From Trichoplax adhaerens (taxonomy: Eukaryota > Animalia > Placozoa), in contig NW_002060971.1 in the NCBI RefSeq assembly GCF_000150275.1, positions 41,212 through 105,211 of the forward strand: 64,000 bases of DNA, read 5' to 3'. A model generated the notes under the pieces. The model did not search any database. It was not told where the DNA came from and saw only the letters and a program-made list of their open reading frames with translations. Made by a program: the position numbers and the translations under genes. Every line of letters starts with the position of its first letter. Position 1 is the stretch's first letter. This document shows, piece by piece, positions 51,288 through 64,000 of the stretch.

Positions 51288-53022
51288 TCGTTTTCGTGAT
51301 AAAATATAGCACGTTCTATAAAAATGTGATGATAAAATCTTAATTAAAATGAACTGGGTGTCCGTAATTTTATTTAACATTAGCAGTACATTAGAGCTGT
51401 AACTGCGGTTGCGGATGGTTATAACTTATCGATCAATGAGCGTACCAGTTAACTGCAGATTGCGATTTTTAGAGCTAATGTGTTTGACCTTATTACCATC
51501 ACTCTAGCACTTTCCTACATTGTGTAAGGTCAGAGTTGTAAGTAGTGCATAATTTCAACAGCTGCATTTTACGTTTTCATAGGGCTTATGCACCTGTTGA
51601 TACGCGTACATGCCTCGATCTAGAGTGCAAAATTACAAATGTAAAGAATAGGCAGATTCTTTTTACAGATTTAATGCATCGCTTATAGTAATGAAGTCAT
51701 GAAATATTGAATAATGATATGACATTAAGAAAATCGCACAGATAAAGAAATAGAAAAGCTTAGTAATAAATTTTTGGAAGCGAAATGTCGGTCAATAAAT
51801 AACTGCTATGATAACTTACCTTTGAAGCTTACATCTAAATACAATGATTAGATAATATAGAATAAGATGATCGAAAAATTATTCTTTACGGTTAGCAATG
51901 TATTCTTAGCTAAGTGTCTGCAATGGCTCTGGGTGATAGTTTTAGTAGTTATGAGATATGCAAGTATATTATGTAATAAGACTGTAACTGTATAGAAAGT
52001 TTTTAGCATATCAGATATTCGTCTATCCAAAATAAAATGCGTTTGATCATCTGTAAACGATTCATGATCGCCTAAATACGTAACAGTACTACATTTAGGG
52101 ACAGGTAAAATTTATTATTAATATTATTTATAGCCTGACTATAAGCGTTTACTTGAATAGTATAGTAAAGTCACTCTTCGATGTACTGTACATATAAATA
52201 CCGGCAAAGTAAAATAGTTAAAGTAGGTAAAGAGTTGATGTATAAAAATAGCCCATAAGGTAAAAATAAGAACTGTAGCGGATAGAAGTAGCTAATTAGC
52301 TATAGCCTAGTCAATACAAACTTTTCATCCTTGATAATAAAATATCTAAATGAATAAAGTAATTATATATACATTCAAAAATACCCCTTTACAAAACCGG
52401 AAGTTGTTATGGGCTGCTGTTTGGTAGTTATTTAAATCTGCGATCTAATCTCTACTATGTGTAAAACTTGGTGTAATTGCTTATTTTTACTAATAAGGCT
52501 CCGTAATAAAGCAATCGTATAACAGTTTTATTATGTCATTACCATATTTCATTTTTACAAGTTGGAAGAAGAACTTTCCATTGTAAACCTTGGCTAAATA
52601 TTACGTACATATTTTATCTTAAACTTAAAATTCTATGATATTTTGTCGCTACAGAATATTTACAAGATTGATACATTACTACAGGGTAGTCAACGTACAG
52701 AAATTGAGAATATCATATAAGACTATGACGTAATAGTATGTATAACATATATATATACAAAATTTAATCTTCTTTAATTATACTACCTTATTGATCTAAG
52801 CGAATTGTTAATAATACAATCAATGATACCATACGCATAATAATAGCTTTAAATATGCATACGTGATATGTACTTTCATAGTTGACAAAATCAATTGCAT
52901 TTTATACTAATAGATCAATAACATTCTTAATTTTTAATCGATAGTATGATCATATTATCAGTACTTCCACTTTTAACAACGTATTTGTACGAGGTTGTCA
53001 CACATACTGTACACAATTATCA

Positions 53023-55369
53023 TCATTCGTCAACCACTAAGAGTGATACATAATCTTTGTAGTAGATGACACCTTTTTCTTGATCAACAGCTGCAGATTT
53101 CATTTCTTCTAATTCATCTTGAGTAAATGCTTCCCCTGTAATATACGTTAAGTGAAGAGAATCTTATCAGATCACCATGTTATGTTGAGAATCAATTTCA
53201 TCTATTATAGGTATAAACATTTAGAGAAAATTATCTACTGATTGATTAACTAATTAAATACCATATTCGGTCATAAACTTAGTAATTTCATCAATTGTTA
53301 AATGTTCTTTATGCTCTTGATCCAACACCTGATTTAATGAAAGAAAGTAAAATGATATGGTATGAATCAGTACGAACATTGGCAAATATGATACTATATG
53401 ACTGTACAGAAAATAGATAATGTTAGTAAACTAGCAAGGATAATGCATTAGCATTTGTCAGTTACACTTTAGTTGATTGCTTTCGTTACTATTGGCTTTA
53501 AATTTACCTCGAGTGCTTTCATAAGAATATCTTCACTTTGGGGCTTATATCTACGTTTGAAATTATTAAAGAGTGTATGAATGATATGCACTACAGTTAA
53601 ACTTTTAAGCGATATATTAAATAAATATTGAGATTTGTTAAAAGTCATACAGCAGATGATACTATAATTACGCTTCATGTACAATATATATAATGTACAT
53701 CTACATAATACGCAATATATTATTGTTGCATTCTAGTATTTACTTACTTCCTTTCGAGGATAACTTTCATCATGACTGGTTCAAATTTTTCGTATTTAAT
53801 GTATCCAGTTGGTTCTTCTTCTTCCATCTATCGTAATTATTATAATGATAGAAAATATGATATCTTACGATATACATAATTAAATGTGACCAACATAGTA
53901 TAAGTTTATAAATGCTCTCGCATTAAGGCAAGGACTGTACCTCTGTGATCATATCATTCAATTCTCCTTCACTTGGACAACAATTTAGTGACCGAATGAT
54001 CGTACCTATTTCTCTAATAAATTATAGCATACGACATTTAACGTATAGCATATGACTTTTTAAATTTTATTTAATTAAGAAATACATTTATAATCAGTAT
54101 TGAGCAAAGTTTATAGCACTACTGTAAGTACATCGATTTTATGCATGAAGATCATTCTTAATGTTCTATAACATGCTAATTGCTTAGATAGATATATGTT
54201 TAACAAGATTAAATCAATTATAACATAAATCCTACATTAATGCAATGGATATTTAATTGCTAATCTAGGAAATATGACTGTGACAATTGCGAATGAGACT
54301 TATGAGTGAGAAACGTATTTGTAATTAATATCTAAGCAGACATTTAGATCTGTAGATAGGTTGATTTTAAGTGTTAAGATCGTCCTTAATGTTTCATATC
54401 TGCGCTAATTGTTTTGATAAGAATATGCTGAGTAATACTCAATCATGATATAGCCTCTACATCAATGCAATGAATAATAAGTTTATACTAAGGAAAACAC
54501 AACTGCAATAATTGCGAATGAATGTACTTGAACGAAGTTTATAGTTGTAAGTAGATTAGCTATACTACTATTTAAGAAGCTGTATGATGCTCAATAGCCT
54601 ATCTGACTAGATTGGTTTGATAGTTATATACATATTTGAGATTGAATCAATTTTATAATATGTTCGTCAATAATATTTATAGAACAAGACCTGCAGTTGA
54701 AAGTAAATTGATTATTAATATTAAGAAGCTGTATGATGTTCAGTAAGTTATCTGTTTGAAATTATTCGCTAGTTGTATATTCCTTTCAGATTCAACTAGT
54801 TGTATAAATTTACAGCAAATAGAAACTTTATGTTGCGGCAAATACATTATCATCGACTAACAATATACATTGAATATCAATGACAATAAATTTGGAATCA
54901 GTATTAGACTAAACTTTGTAATTGAAAATCAATTTAACCTAATGATTGATCCATGATGTTGTATACCGGACGCAATAGTCTAGAAAGCCTAGAATCAGTA
55001 CTGGACTAAACTTTTACAGTTGAAAGTCAATTTAAGGTAAGGATTGATCAATGATATAGTACGCCTGATATAATGGACTAGATAAGCCGAATAGGCCTTT
55101 AGAATCTTGTTGGCCTAGTTTTGTTTTGTTTATGATTGATTCATCATCACCCGGATTTTATCCCATCCATACATTCATGTACCGCATATTGCTCTTTCTA
55201 CACGTACTATTCAAGCGAATTACCTAACATCCACGGTTTTATTTCCTTCATGATCAAATATACTAAAAGCATCATAGACTCTCTTTTGAATTTCAGCCCT
55301 TAAATTTTCATTTTCCGTCGCTCGATCGCGTTCCGCTTGAGAAAGTAATGCTGCTGCACTTGTCGCCAT
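53023..55369 (-). CDS. EFCAB2: EF-hand protein EFCAB2 / dynein regulatory complex subunit DRC8, 6 exons, 173 aa (missed by the ORF track)
   Basis: Exons 55224-55369, 53941-54013, 53748-53827, 53508-53550, 53262-53328, 53023-53135. Protein reads AFSIFDHEGNKTVDVREIGTIIRSLNCCPSEGELNDMITEMEEEEPTGYIKYEKFEPVM...FTQDELEEMKSAAVD...YYKDYVSLLVVDE. Confidence 0.93.
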
Positions 55370-55660
55370 CTTGTGCTGTCTTAGTCGCTATGACGACCCA
55401 TCAAGCATGCGCATTTCTAGTCTCCCGATCGGGACCTGTTCTGGCGCCGCGTTCTCGTCTGTCGTCGACTGACAGACAGACACCCACGCTATCACCATCT
55501 CTAGAGCATGCTCACTTGGTGCACGTGGGGCTATTCATACTAAAGTGTGCTTTCCACTGCTTTTGTATAGTGAAAGGGAAAAATTTGGTCTAGGGGTCGC
55601 CATCTTGTCTTGTGCAGTCAACAGTTGGATAAGTTAATTCTTCTCACAGATCCATTAGGT
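55360..55660. promoter_or_regulatory. Bidirectional promoter EFCAB2/hnRNP U with RFX X-box, YY1 and NRF1-like motifs
   Basis: GC-richer island. GTCGCTATGACGAC at 55384-55397, CGCCATCTTG at ~55364 and ~55598, GCATGCGCAT at ~55405. Confidence 0.65.
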
Positions 55661-55926
55661 AATGATTGATTCGTTATTAAAATTGGCCAATGATTGCCAC
55701 TATGGTTAGATTAGAGATGGATAGAATTATTAGAGATTGATCATGTCATGATAGGATTGTTTTAGGCAATTTTTTGCTAGTGATTGGATGATTTTTTTGT
55801 GTAGTCGATGAGTGCGATGAGTAGGAAAAAACTGAAAAAAAATGGCTTACGCTTGTTTTTCTCTCCTTTTAGATTGTATTTTTTCCCTTGTTTTAGTTAT
55901 TGCTACTATCATTGAATGATTGTAAC

Positions 55927-58900
55927 ATGGATGAACAACAAGCAAGAAAGCTAAAAGTGGTTGAATTGCGAACTGAAATCAGTAAGCGTGGCATCGTTCC
56001 AAAAGGTAATAAAGCGGCATTATTACAGACGTTATTGAATGCATTGAAAGAAGAAAGTGAAAATTCACCCCAACAAGAAGAACAAGCTATTGAATCGCCA
56101 GTACAAGATACTAGTGACAATGAGAAAGAAGTAGTACAAGTACAGTCGTCGTCGATTGAGGAAGAAATGGATGTTAGCCAACAAGATACTACTATCGATG
56201 ATACACTGGATGCTCGACCATCTCCTTCTAAACGACAAATGGCGAAAAAATCCGCACGTAATCGTCAAGCTAATGATGCCGCTAATGCAGATGATAATCA
56301 ACCATCAACACCGATTCAGAATATCTCGGTAGTAGAAGAGGATCAATCAACGGATGCAATACAAGCTACCATTGATCAGCGCGATATTGAAGGTAATGCT
56401 AGCGTCTAGCAGTGATGTCGAATTAAAGAAAGGAATCGATATCAGTCAAAATGACCTTAGTTAGACGCCAATTTAACGAGGTGGTAGTACAAAAGATAGT
56501 TTTACAATCGATCCTTCATCATTGAAAGATGAAGTTTCAAATCATTGCTACTGAAATACGGTGATGATAACGAGAATGATTCTATCTTTAGATAAAGTTA
56601 CTAGACAGTATAGAACGCTAGAAAACGTGAATAGGAAGACGTTGTTGACTAGTGCATGCATAGGACTAGGCAATACCTGGTCCAATTAAAGTCGTTATAG
56701 ATAGATCATCGTCTGGAATTCATTTTTCAATCATACTTGTCATCTAATTTACGATCTTTTTTTTTATTAATTTTAGAGAGTGATAGTAATAATGCACAAC
56801 AAGTAGAAGCTACAAGTCAAGCTACGTCGGAAAAGGAAAGTGACAAAGGAGTTGAAGAAGCCACCAATGAAATGGCTGCTGTTGTTGATTCTAAGCCTAT
56901 GGTTGAAGAATCTACGGGTGATAACGAAGTAAATAAAATGGAACAGCCTGAGCAAAGCATGACTACTGCTGTTGGTGGTCGTAAACGTAAAGCTGATGAA
57001 GCATTGGATAATGCTGATGATAGCAAAACTGGTCAAGATCAGGATGAGGGCAATAGCGCTGCTGCTGATGACGATATGCCTGCTTCTACTGTAGAAGCGG
57101 ATAGCAAGTCTACATCACGACAAAGGTTAGTTATTTTACTTGTCGAATTACCAACTATCTAATTCACCTTCCGTGCTTGATGGGAAAAAATTTTTGAACT
57201 TATCTATTTGATAGCCTTATATGTACAGAAGTGGGTTAACGTCTTCATAAGGAAGAGTTACTTGTTTGGGGTCATAAGGACTTAATTAGGATATACGCTA
57301 CAGTCGAATAAAAAAACGATAACAATTCGATGCAATGTTATTTGTAGTACTTATTGAGTGTTGCGATTCATCAATCTTTACTTACAATTACATATACTGT
57401 AAATTACAGTCTAGTAATTATTGTATCTTTTGTTAAATGTCATGCTGCTACTATTGATCTAATCAATATCACACATCAGATTTTATCATGTCAAATTCCA
57501 ATCTAAAATGTTATCTTCTTTGTATTGCAATTAACGAATTAATCCATATCCCATTTTAAATATTATTACTTATAGCGAAGAGCCAAGTGATTTCTGGTCG
57601 GAAGAATTCGACGAGTCGGCATTTGTGCTAGATCGATGTATGTATCAATCTTTATATTACATAGCTCGAAAGAGAGTAATGAGCAAATTTGTTTAAATTT
57701 TTCCTACAGTATTCAGGAAATAGTCAATTACTTATGAACTAGTACATTTTCCCACTCTTAATACTTTGCGTATTCGTACTGTCTAGACTGCTAAGTGTAC
57801 TATTATATTGTTATGATACTTCAGTATCGAATGAGCTATTCATAACGTACTATCGGCTGCATGAGTTGTATAAATTGATAGCCTAAGTGATGCAACTGAC
57901 TGCACGGATGTACAATATATGCTTTGACAGTAATGAACTTTATAATTCCTATGCAGCCATTGTCTTCAGTAGTTGAACTTAATGCCAAAAATTTCACCCG
58001 TTGTTAAGCAGTTATATGACTTTCCTTACAGACAATTCGGATTTGCACGTAAAAATCTCCAAGGATGGATTAATTACCGAAGACTATTATAAAGGTGGAT
58101 TTGCATATCTATGGGGAGGTATTCGTGCAACCTACGGCGCAAAAAGTGGCAAAGTCTTCTATGAAATCAAGGTCGATATTCCACTTTTTCAACAATTAAA
58201 AATTATTAGTATCAACATCGATTGAATACTTATCTATAGAAATGATTCTAATTTATTCAAATTAGATATTTTAATGGCTACTTTATGTATAGAAAAACTT
58301 CTTAACTATTCCTATTTTTGCATATTGTTTGATATTCTAAATCTTATTCAATCAAGAATCAATCAGTATCTGTCTGCTAAGCTGCGTCTGTTTAACGTAT
58401 GTTATCTTTGCTTTTCGATAAAGATTTTGCAATTTTCCTCGGTTGAATTACCGGATCCTGAAACTCATAAAAATGCTCTACGTGTCGGTTGGTCAGTGGA
58501 CAGTCCATATTTTCAATTAGGTTAGTAGTATTATAGAAATCTCAGATAAGGTTGTCGTTTGATTTACGCATTGCTATACGATATATGCGTGAAAGCCTTA
58601 CGGATACACTCTTATTAATCTTTTTTAATGACTTTGTTACAGGTGAAGATAAATACTCTTATGGCTTTGGAAGTTCAGGAAAAGCAGCGACTACCAGTAA
58701 CTTTTTCAGTTATGGTAAAGAATTTGGTGTTGGAGACGTTATAGGCTGTTATTTGGTAACTATCTCGTGTGCACTATATCAGCCAAACTTCTGTTCTAGT
58801 TATGATGTTATGATTTCGTTAATCCTCTTTTTAGGATCTTGAATCGGAACCTAGTACTGTGGGCTTTATGAAGAATGGTGAAGACTTGGGTTCTGCATTT

Positions 58901-60872
58901 CAGTTAGCTGTTGATTTAAGCGGTAAAGCACTCTTCCCTCATATTTATCTAAAGAATGCAAGAGTTCAAGTTAATTTCGGGAACGAGGTATGGATGTTTT
59001 CGAGAATGCATAGCTATTTCTCTTTAGTAATGGCTCTTATTTGACTTATTTAGGGAGAAATATGGTATAATCCTCCTGACGGCTATAGTTACATTGGAGG
59101 ATTGCGCCCTGACCAGTTAGAAAGGGCAGTTACTGGACCAACAAAGGATGATGATTGTGAGGTAACAGTCCACTATAAAATGATAAGCAGTGCCAGCCTC
59201 AGCACTACCTACTACTAGGTGTGATAACTACATAGCTTACTACCTGCAATTACTAAATTGACGGGCATTGTGCTTAGGTATTAATGATGATCGGTCTTCC
59301 TGGTGCTGGAAAGACAACTTGGGCTGAAAAACATTCAAAGGATAATCCTGATAAGAGGTTCTACGTGCTAGGCACTAATTTGATTATGGAAAGGATGAGG
59401 GTATGTGAATAGGAACCTTTTTTGCGATTTTATAAGACTTTAAATGAAAATGGCTCGTTTCCTGGTCATTTTAATAATGGAATTCTATCATATAGAATGT
59501 TGAAGAAAAAAGATTCTCGATTGCTAAAATGACTTTTCTTACTTACATAGGTTACTGGCTTGCAACGCAAATATAATTATCAAGGCAGATTTCAGGAGTT
59601 AATTTCCTTATCTACTGAGTGCTTGGGCAAATTGTTTGAAGTAGCTGGTAGAATGAAAAGGAATTATATTTTAGACCAGGTTTGCAATTTTGCAATGTTA
59701 TTATTGGAAGTTATTTAATAATAAAATTGTTTAAAGAATGCACTTTAACATTTAATTCTATTATATGAATATTAATGTCATCCTTTGTTTCTAGACGAAC
59801 GTTTACGCTTCAGCTCAGAAGAATAAAATGCGTTGGTTTGCAGGCTTTAGAAAAAAGGCCATTATCGTAGTTCCCAGGCATGATGAATTACAAAAGCGAT
59901 CATCGATACAAAAAGAGAAGGAGAATAAAGATATTCCATCTGAGACAATCCGTGAGATGAAGTGTAAGTAGCTCGATGCTTATTTATATTGTTAGCATTT
60001 TTTCAAAATATCTTATATTGTATATACTGAGATTTTGTTGCAATATCTTCCTTACGTTAGTCAATTTCACTTTACCAATCGTTGGTGACATTTTTGAAGC
60101 GGTAGAGTACGTGGAAGAGCGCGAAGAAATTGCCAAAAAGATTGTAATCGATTATCATCGTGAAGCATCATCAAGTGGCTCATCGCGCAAGCATCCACGC
60201 ACGGATAGTTATAACCGATACTATCCTGACAGGCAGCGTAAAGATAGGCATGGTCATTCAAACCAGAGCCATAGAAATAGTCATCAGGACAGACGCAATA
60301 TGGGAAACTCTTCACAACGTCGATGGATACCTGGTCAGGATCAGCGACGTGGAATGCCTCCCCGTTCGCGGCCTTCAGGAGGAATGCGGGGACATTCGCA
60401 CAGAGGATCAGGATACCAAGATCGTCCTAGAGATCGTAACGATTACAATTATCGCAGTTCCCAGTACAGTAGTGGACGAGATTCATCTTACAGGCATCCC
60501 GGTGTCCCACAACAGTCACATAGCATGCATAGTGGGGGAAGTTATTATAGCGGAGGACAAAATCGTGGAACACCTAATTACTATTCACAAAATTCGAGTT
60601 ATCCTAGCAGCTACGATCAGAGTAAGAGCTATCAGCAATCTTATGGTAGCAGTCAAGGCTACTCCGGCAGCAGTAGTAGCAGCCAGTATCCTCAAAGTTA
60701 TAGCCAATCAAGTTACAGTGGCAACCCTAGTCGCCATTATGATAGCAATTATGCTAGCCAATCATCGTACGATCAGTACAATCGCAGTGGATTCTCTGGT
60801 CATAGTAGTAGCAACAGGAGTAGCCAAGGCTACAACAGCACAAGTAGTGACTCGTATTACAGACGTAGTTAA
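55927..60872 (+). CDS. HNRNPU: hnRNP U / hnRNPUL1-like (SAF-A family): SAP, acidic linker, SPRY, P-loop, low-complexity R/G/S/Y/Q tail
   Basis: [32 protein letters not shown]; [54 protein letters not shown]; P-loop [14 protein letters not shown]; RNYILDQ|TNVY. Confidence 0.93.
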
Positions 60873-61892
60873 ATTATAATTGTTCTGAAAATTGTTGAAT
60901 AAGATAACCATGTTGTATTACTACAAATCTACTAGTTGTACAGGCCCCATTTAGTAACAGTTATATATCTTTTAAGTTTCATTTTCTTTTACTGGTTATT
61001 TGTATTCTGATGGTCACTTATTTTATTACCTGTATAATATGTTCCTTTCTTTACGAAGTGATTTATTTAGAAGTGACCACGTAATGCTCGTTTATTTCCG
61101 GGTTCAGTTGTAATTAAAAATTGCCTATACAGTTGAATGTGTCTTTTTAATTTAAACACGTAGCTAAAGTCTGTGCGTATTATCACCAAACGAAATCATA
61201 ACTTAGGCAAGTCATCTTTTTACGCTTGATTGTTGCCTAGCGAGCCCATCCTTGATGATATGATTTAAGTCGAGATTTACGCTGGCTCAGTGGTAGACGT
61301 ATCTATTTGCAACTTTTGAATGAATAAAAATTGCCTATTATATATGAAATGGGCTGTATCTGTGCACAATGTGCAGTAAGTTAGTTAAGAATGCAGTCTT
61401 TAGAATTAGATACCGAAACTTGATCTTACATTGATGTCAATAAGTGCACGCAATACGATACAACAGTATCATTAGCTTAGAGTATACCTGCAGTGAATGA
61501 AATACGTAGTAATCATACGAACTATCGGATCAATAATTAGGTTACTTTTCCAGCGCAAAACATGGACAGGTCGTAGTAACATTGAAAGAAACTGAAATAT
61601 TGACATTAATGCCTTTTATTTTAAACTTAACATTAAACATGTTTCAGCGATACAATAGATTGATTTAAGCCAACTTTGTACCTAATTATAAAGCTAACAC
61701 ATCCTATTTACATAGCGAAATTGTTTGTCCGTAAAGCAGAGTTGTATCCGTATGTACTGTACAATTATTTTGTAAAATAGTTTATATACACAACCGAACC
61801 TGATAAGATATCAATTTTAATCAGATAAACTTTAAAACTTTAGTGCCAAAGTATAATACTTTTATTGTCAAATTTTGCGCCACGATATTCTT

Positions 61893-63950
61893 TCACATTC
61901 TTATCTCATAAGATCCACTATATGATGAGAGAATTGTAAGCGTTAGCAATAGCTCTTCCTATGCATAATTTGATAAGTTAGTTACCTATGAGTTACGAGT
62001 CTTAACCAGCGATTGACGTTTGATCCTTTCAAAGCGTTGTTAATTTTCAAGTAAGTGATACGAAATTTTGAACAGGTAAACATTGGTACTTCGAAATCGA
62101 TACTATAACATAAAAAAGAATAGCTTTTAAACTCTTGAATTTTCAATAAATAATGAAAGCGCAACTCTCAATTGACCTGAGGGGATTAATTTCTTTACGT
62201 GATGATTTAGACCATTCATCAGAATTTAATTTAAGAAAAATTGCGGTATGAGATCCGCCATAAATTCTATTGATTTTCCAGATACAAATTTTACTAGTCG
62301 ATACATATTCCAAATTTTGACCAGGTCGAGATGTTGGCAATGATACACTAGATAAGCACGAGTTAATTTTTTAGTATTTCAGTGATAAATATAAAAACAT
62401 TGATGTAATAATGTTTTACCGACAGATTTAGAATAATGTGACAAAACAAAAACCTTGTCGTCGCCTTAGGTACAGGCATTCGGACTATAACGTTCATAGC
62501 ATAACTAAAAGAGTTCGATAAATAACGTTAACTTAACTATCACATAAATAAAACTGCGTATCATTGTCATGCTGATTACTATGTTGACGGTATTTCGCAG
62601 CTGAGCTTCAATGAAATTTCAAACGTTCTGTATAATAGTAAAAGTTTCTATGTTAGGTTTTATTGTGCTACTCAACTGTAAATAAAAAGAAGTAATTTTG
62701 CAACGTTATATGGGAACAGTATTATTATTACAAACTTTCCACTAGCGGATTGTTCAATGAAAGGAAATAAACGTAGAGGACAGCAATTGCTATCAATACC
62801 AGAAATTCGATAATTCATGACGGTTGCCTAAGTAAATTAAGAGGGTATCAAAATTTCGAAATAATTCATAATTACTAGATAGCAGGTCTTGAAATAATAT
62901 GCTAAAAATTTGGATGGAGGTAGATAAAATTTTGATGACTTTTTAGCTACAATTAAAAGTCAACTTCAATATATTTTCTTAAGAAATAAATACGATAGGG
63001 CTGCTATAAGTTACCTCGCCTTCCGGTAGTCTCATACTAATGACGCGTTCTTTCTCGAATCGATCCAATTCTACGGATTCGTGAAAGTTACAATCATTTA
63101 AACATATGCCATGATCATATCCTAAATTAGAAGATTAACAGATAAGTATTGTGCAATTGAAGAAATTGGTTCTTTCAGCTGGTACTAATGATTTACAGTT
63201 GTTAAGAAATGTCAGTAAAAATAGGCAGTATCAATTATTACACTGCTATTACAAAAATTACCTAATCGATCGATAGAATTAATAACCAGATCATCAGGTA
63301 ATCCTAAGTTAATTTCTACGAACAAATAGCCATTAATAGTGTTATTACAGATACCAATAAACCAGTTTCAATCAGTTTAAGTATAAAAATTTTCAAAAAA
63401 CACTTGCAAAACTGCTAGTACAAGACTACAAGGCAAAGTTGAGAATTGTATAAACAATAATAACATTCAGACCTGGAGAATCTTGGACATAATTTTTAAT
63501 TTCAATGCAGCCATTAATTTCTGAGTTAATGATGCTACCCTGGTGATCATAGCATCCATATTGGAGCATTAGAGAGACATTACTTGATTATGTTGAAAAA
63601 GCTACTATAAAGCAGGCAATAATTTAACAATTTTGCTATAAAGTCATTACGTTGGCACCAAAGACAACGTTTAATTTTTCTCGCAGATCTACGTACACTT
63701 CTTTGCTACCTTCAGGCTGAAAATATCATATGATAGGTAATGTTATCATAAAATGCGGAAACAATCGCTTATTCAATTCTGTATTGAATTTAGAATTACA
63801 AGATTGGAGTACGCGTATACCATTTATTTCTAGATTACATATAGATATAAAACGAATGCTTTACATTTCCGCGAGTAATTGAAATTGGTTTGGATTTAAC
63901 TTGGCTTGGAGCAGTTTTAGAAGTTGATTTAATACTTGCAGGGCCTAACT
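61893..63950 (-). CDS. AP4M1: AP-4 adaptor complex mu subunit, 3' exons (5' end beyond the window)
   Basis: Spliced reads: KTAPSQVKSKPI, EVYVDLREKLNVVF, LGLPDDLVI, LNDCNFHESVELDRFEKERVISMRLPEGE, VMNYR, IWKINRIYGG, SIDFEVPMFTCSKFRITYL, NRWLRLVTHS|GSYEIRM* (stop 61893-61895). Confidence 0.85.
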
Positions 63951-64000
63951 ATAGCACCATATATAAAAATTGCCAATTTGGGCTATTAGCATGGACAAAT

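Noticed and set aside
55893-57036. Several minus-strand ORFs
   Set aside because: Antisense shadows of hnRNP U exons.
60160-60879. 239-aa overlapping ORF in the last hnRNP U exon
   Set aside because: Shifted-frame shadow of a low-complexity Ser/Tyr/Gln/Arg exon (I/V/A/T-rich). No independent evidence of coding.

Overview
AT-rich eukaryotic (animal) genomic DNA with compact, multi-exon genes, short GT-AG introns and three 50-N scaffold gaps. The composition, the SLC6 expansion and the TPR debris suggest an early-branching metazoan such as a placozoan (inference only). Left to right: (1) a minus-strand tandem cluster of SLC6 Na+/Cl- symporter genes, comprising one complete 13-exon gene (16913-21140), two intact paralogous first exons, one exon 2 and one first exon killed by a nonsense mutation, all within segmental duplications and a probably misplaced contig; (2) a ~29-exon soluble adenylyl cyclase (ADCY10-like) retaining both bicarbonate-site residues and carrying large PKA-site-rich inserts; (3) a head-to-head pair of small secreted cystine-knot genes, one GPA2-like and one DAN/bursicon-like, each with 9 cysteines in the mature peptide, which is the best candidate for an undescribed heterodimeric hormone system; (4) a TPR pseudogene and a 50-bp minisatellite; (5) an ENTPD5/6-like apyrase; (6) EFCAB2/DRC8 and hnRNP U sharing a bidirectional promoter with RFX, YY1 and NRF1-like motifs; (7) the 3' part of an AP-4 mu subunit gene. 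Exon boundaries were read by eye and family assignments come from remembered motifs, not database searches.
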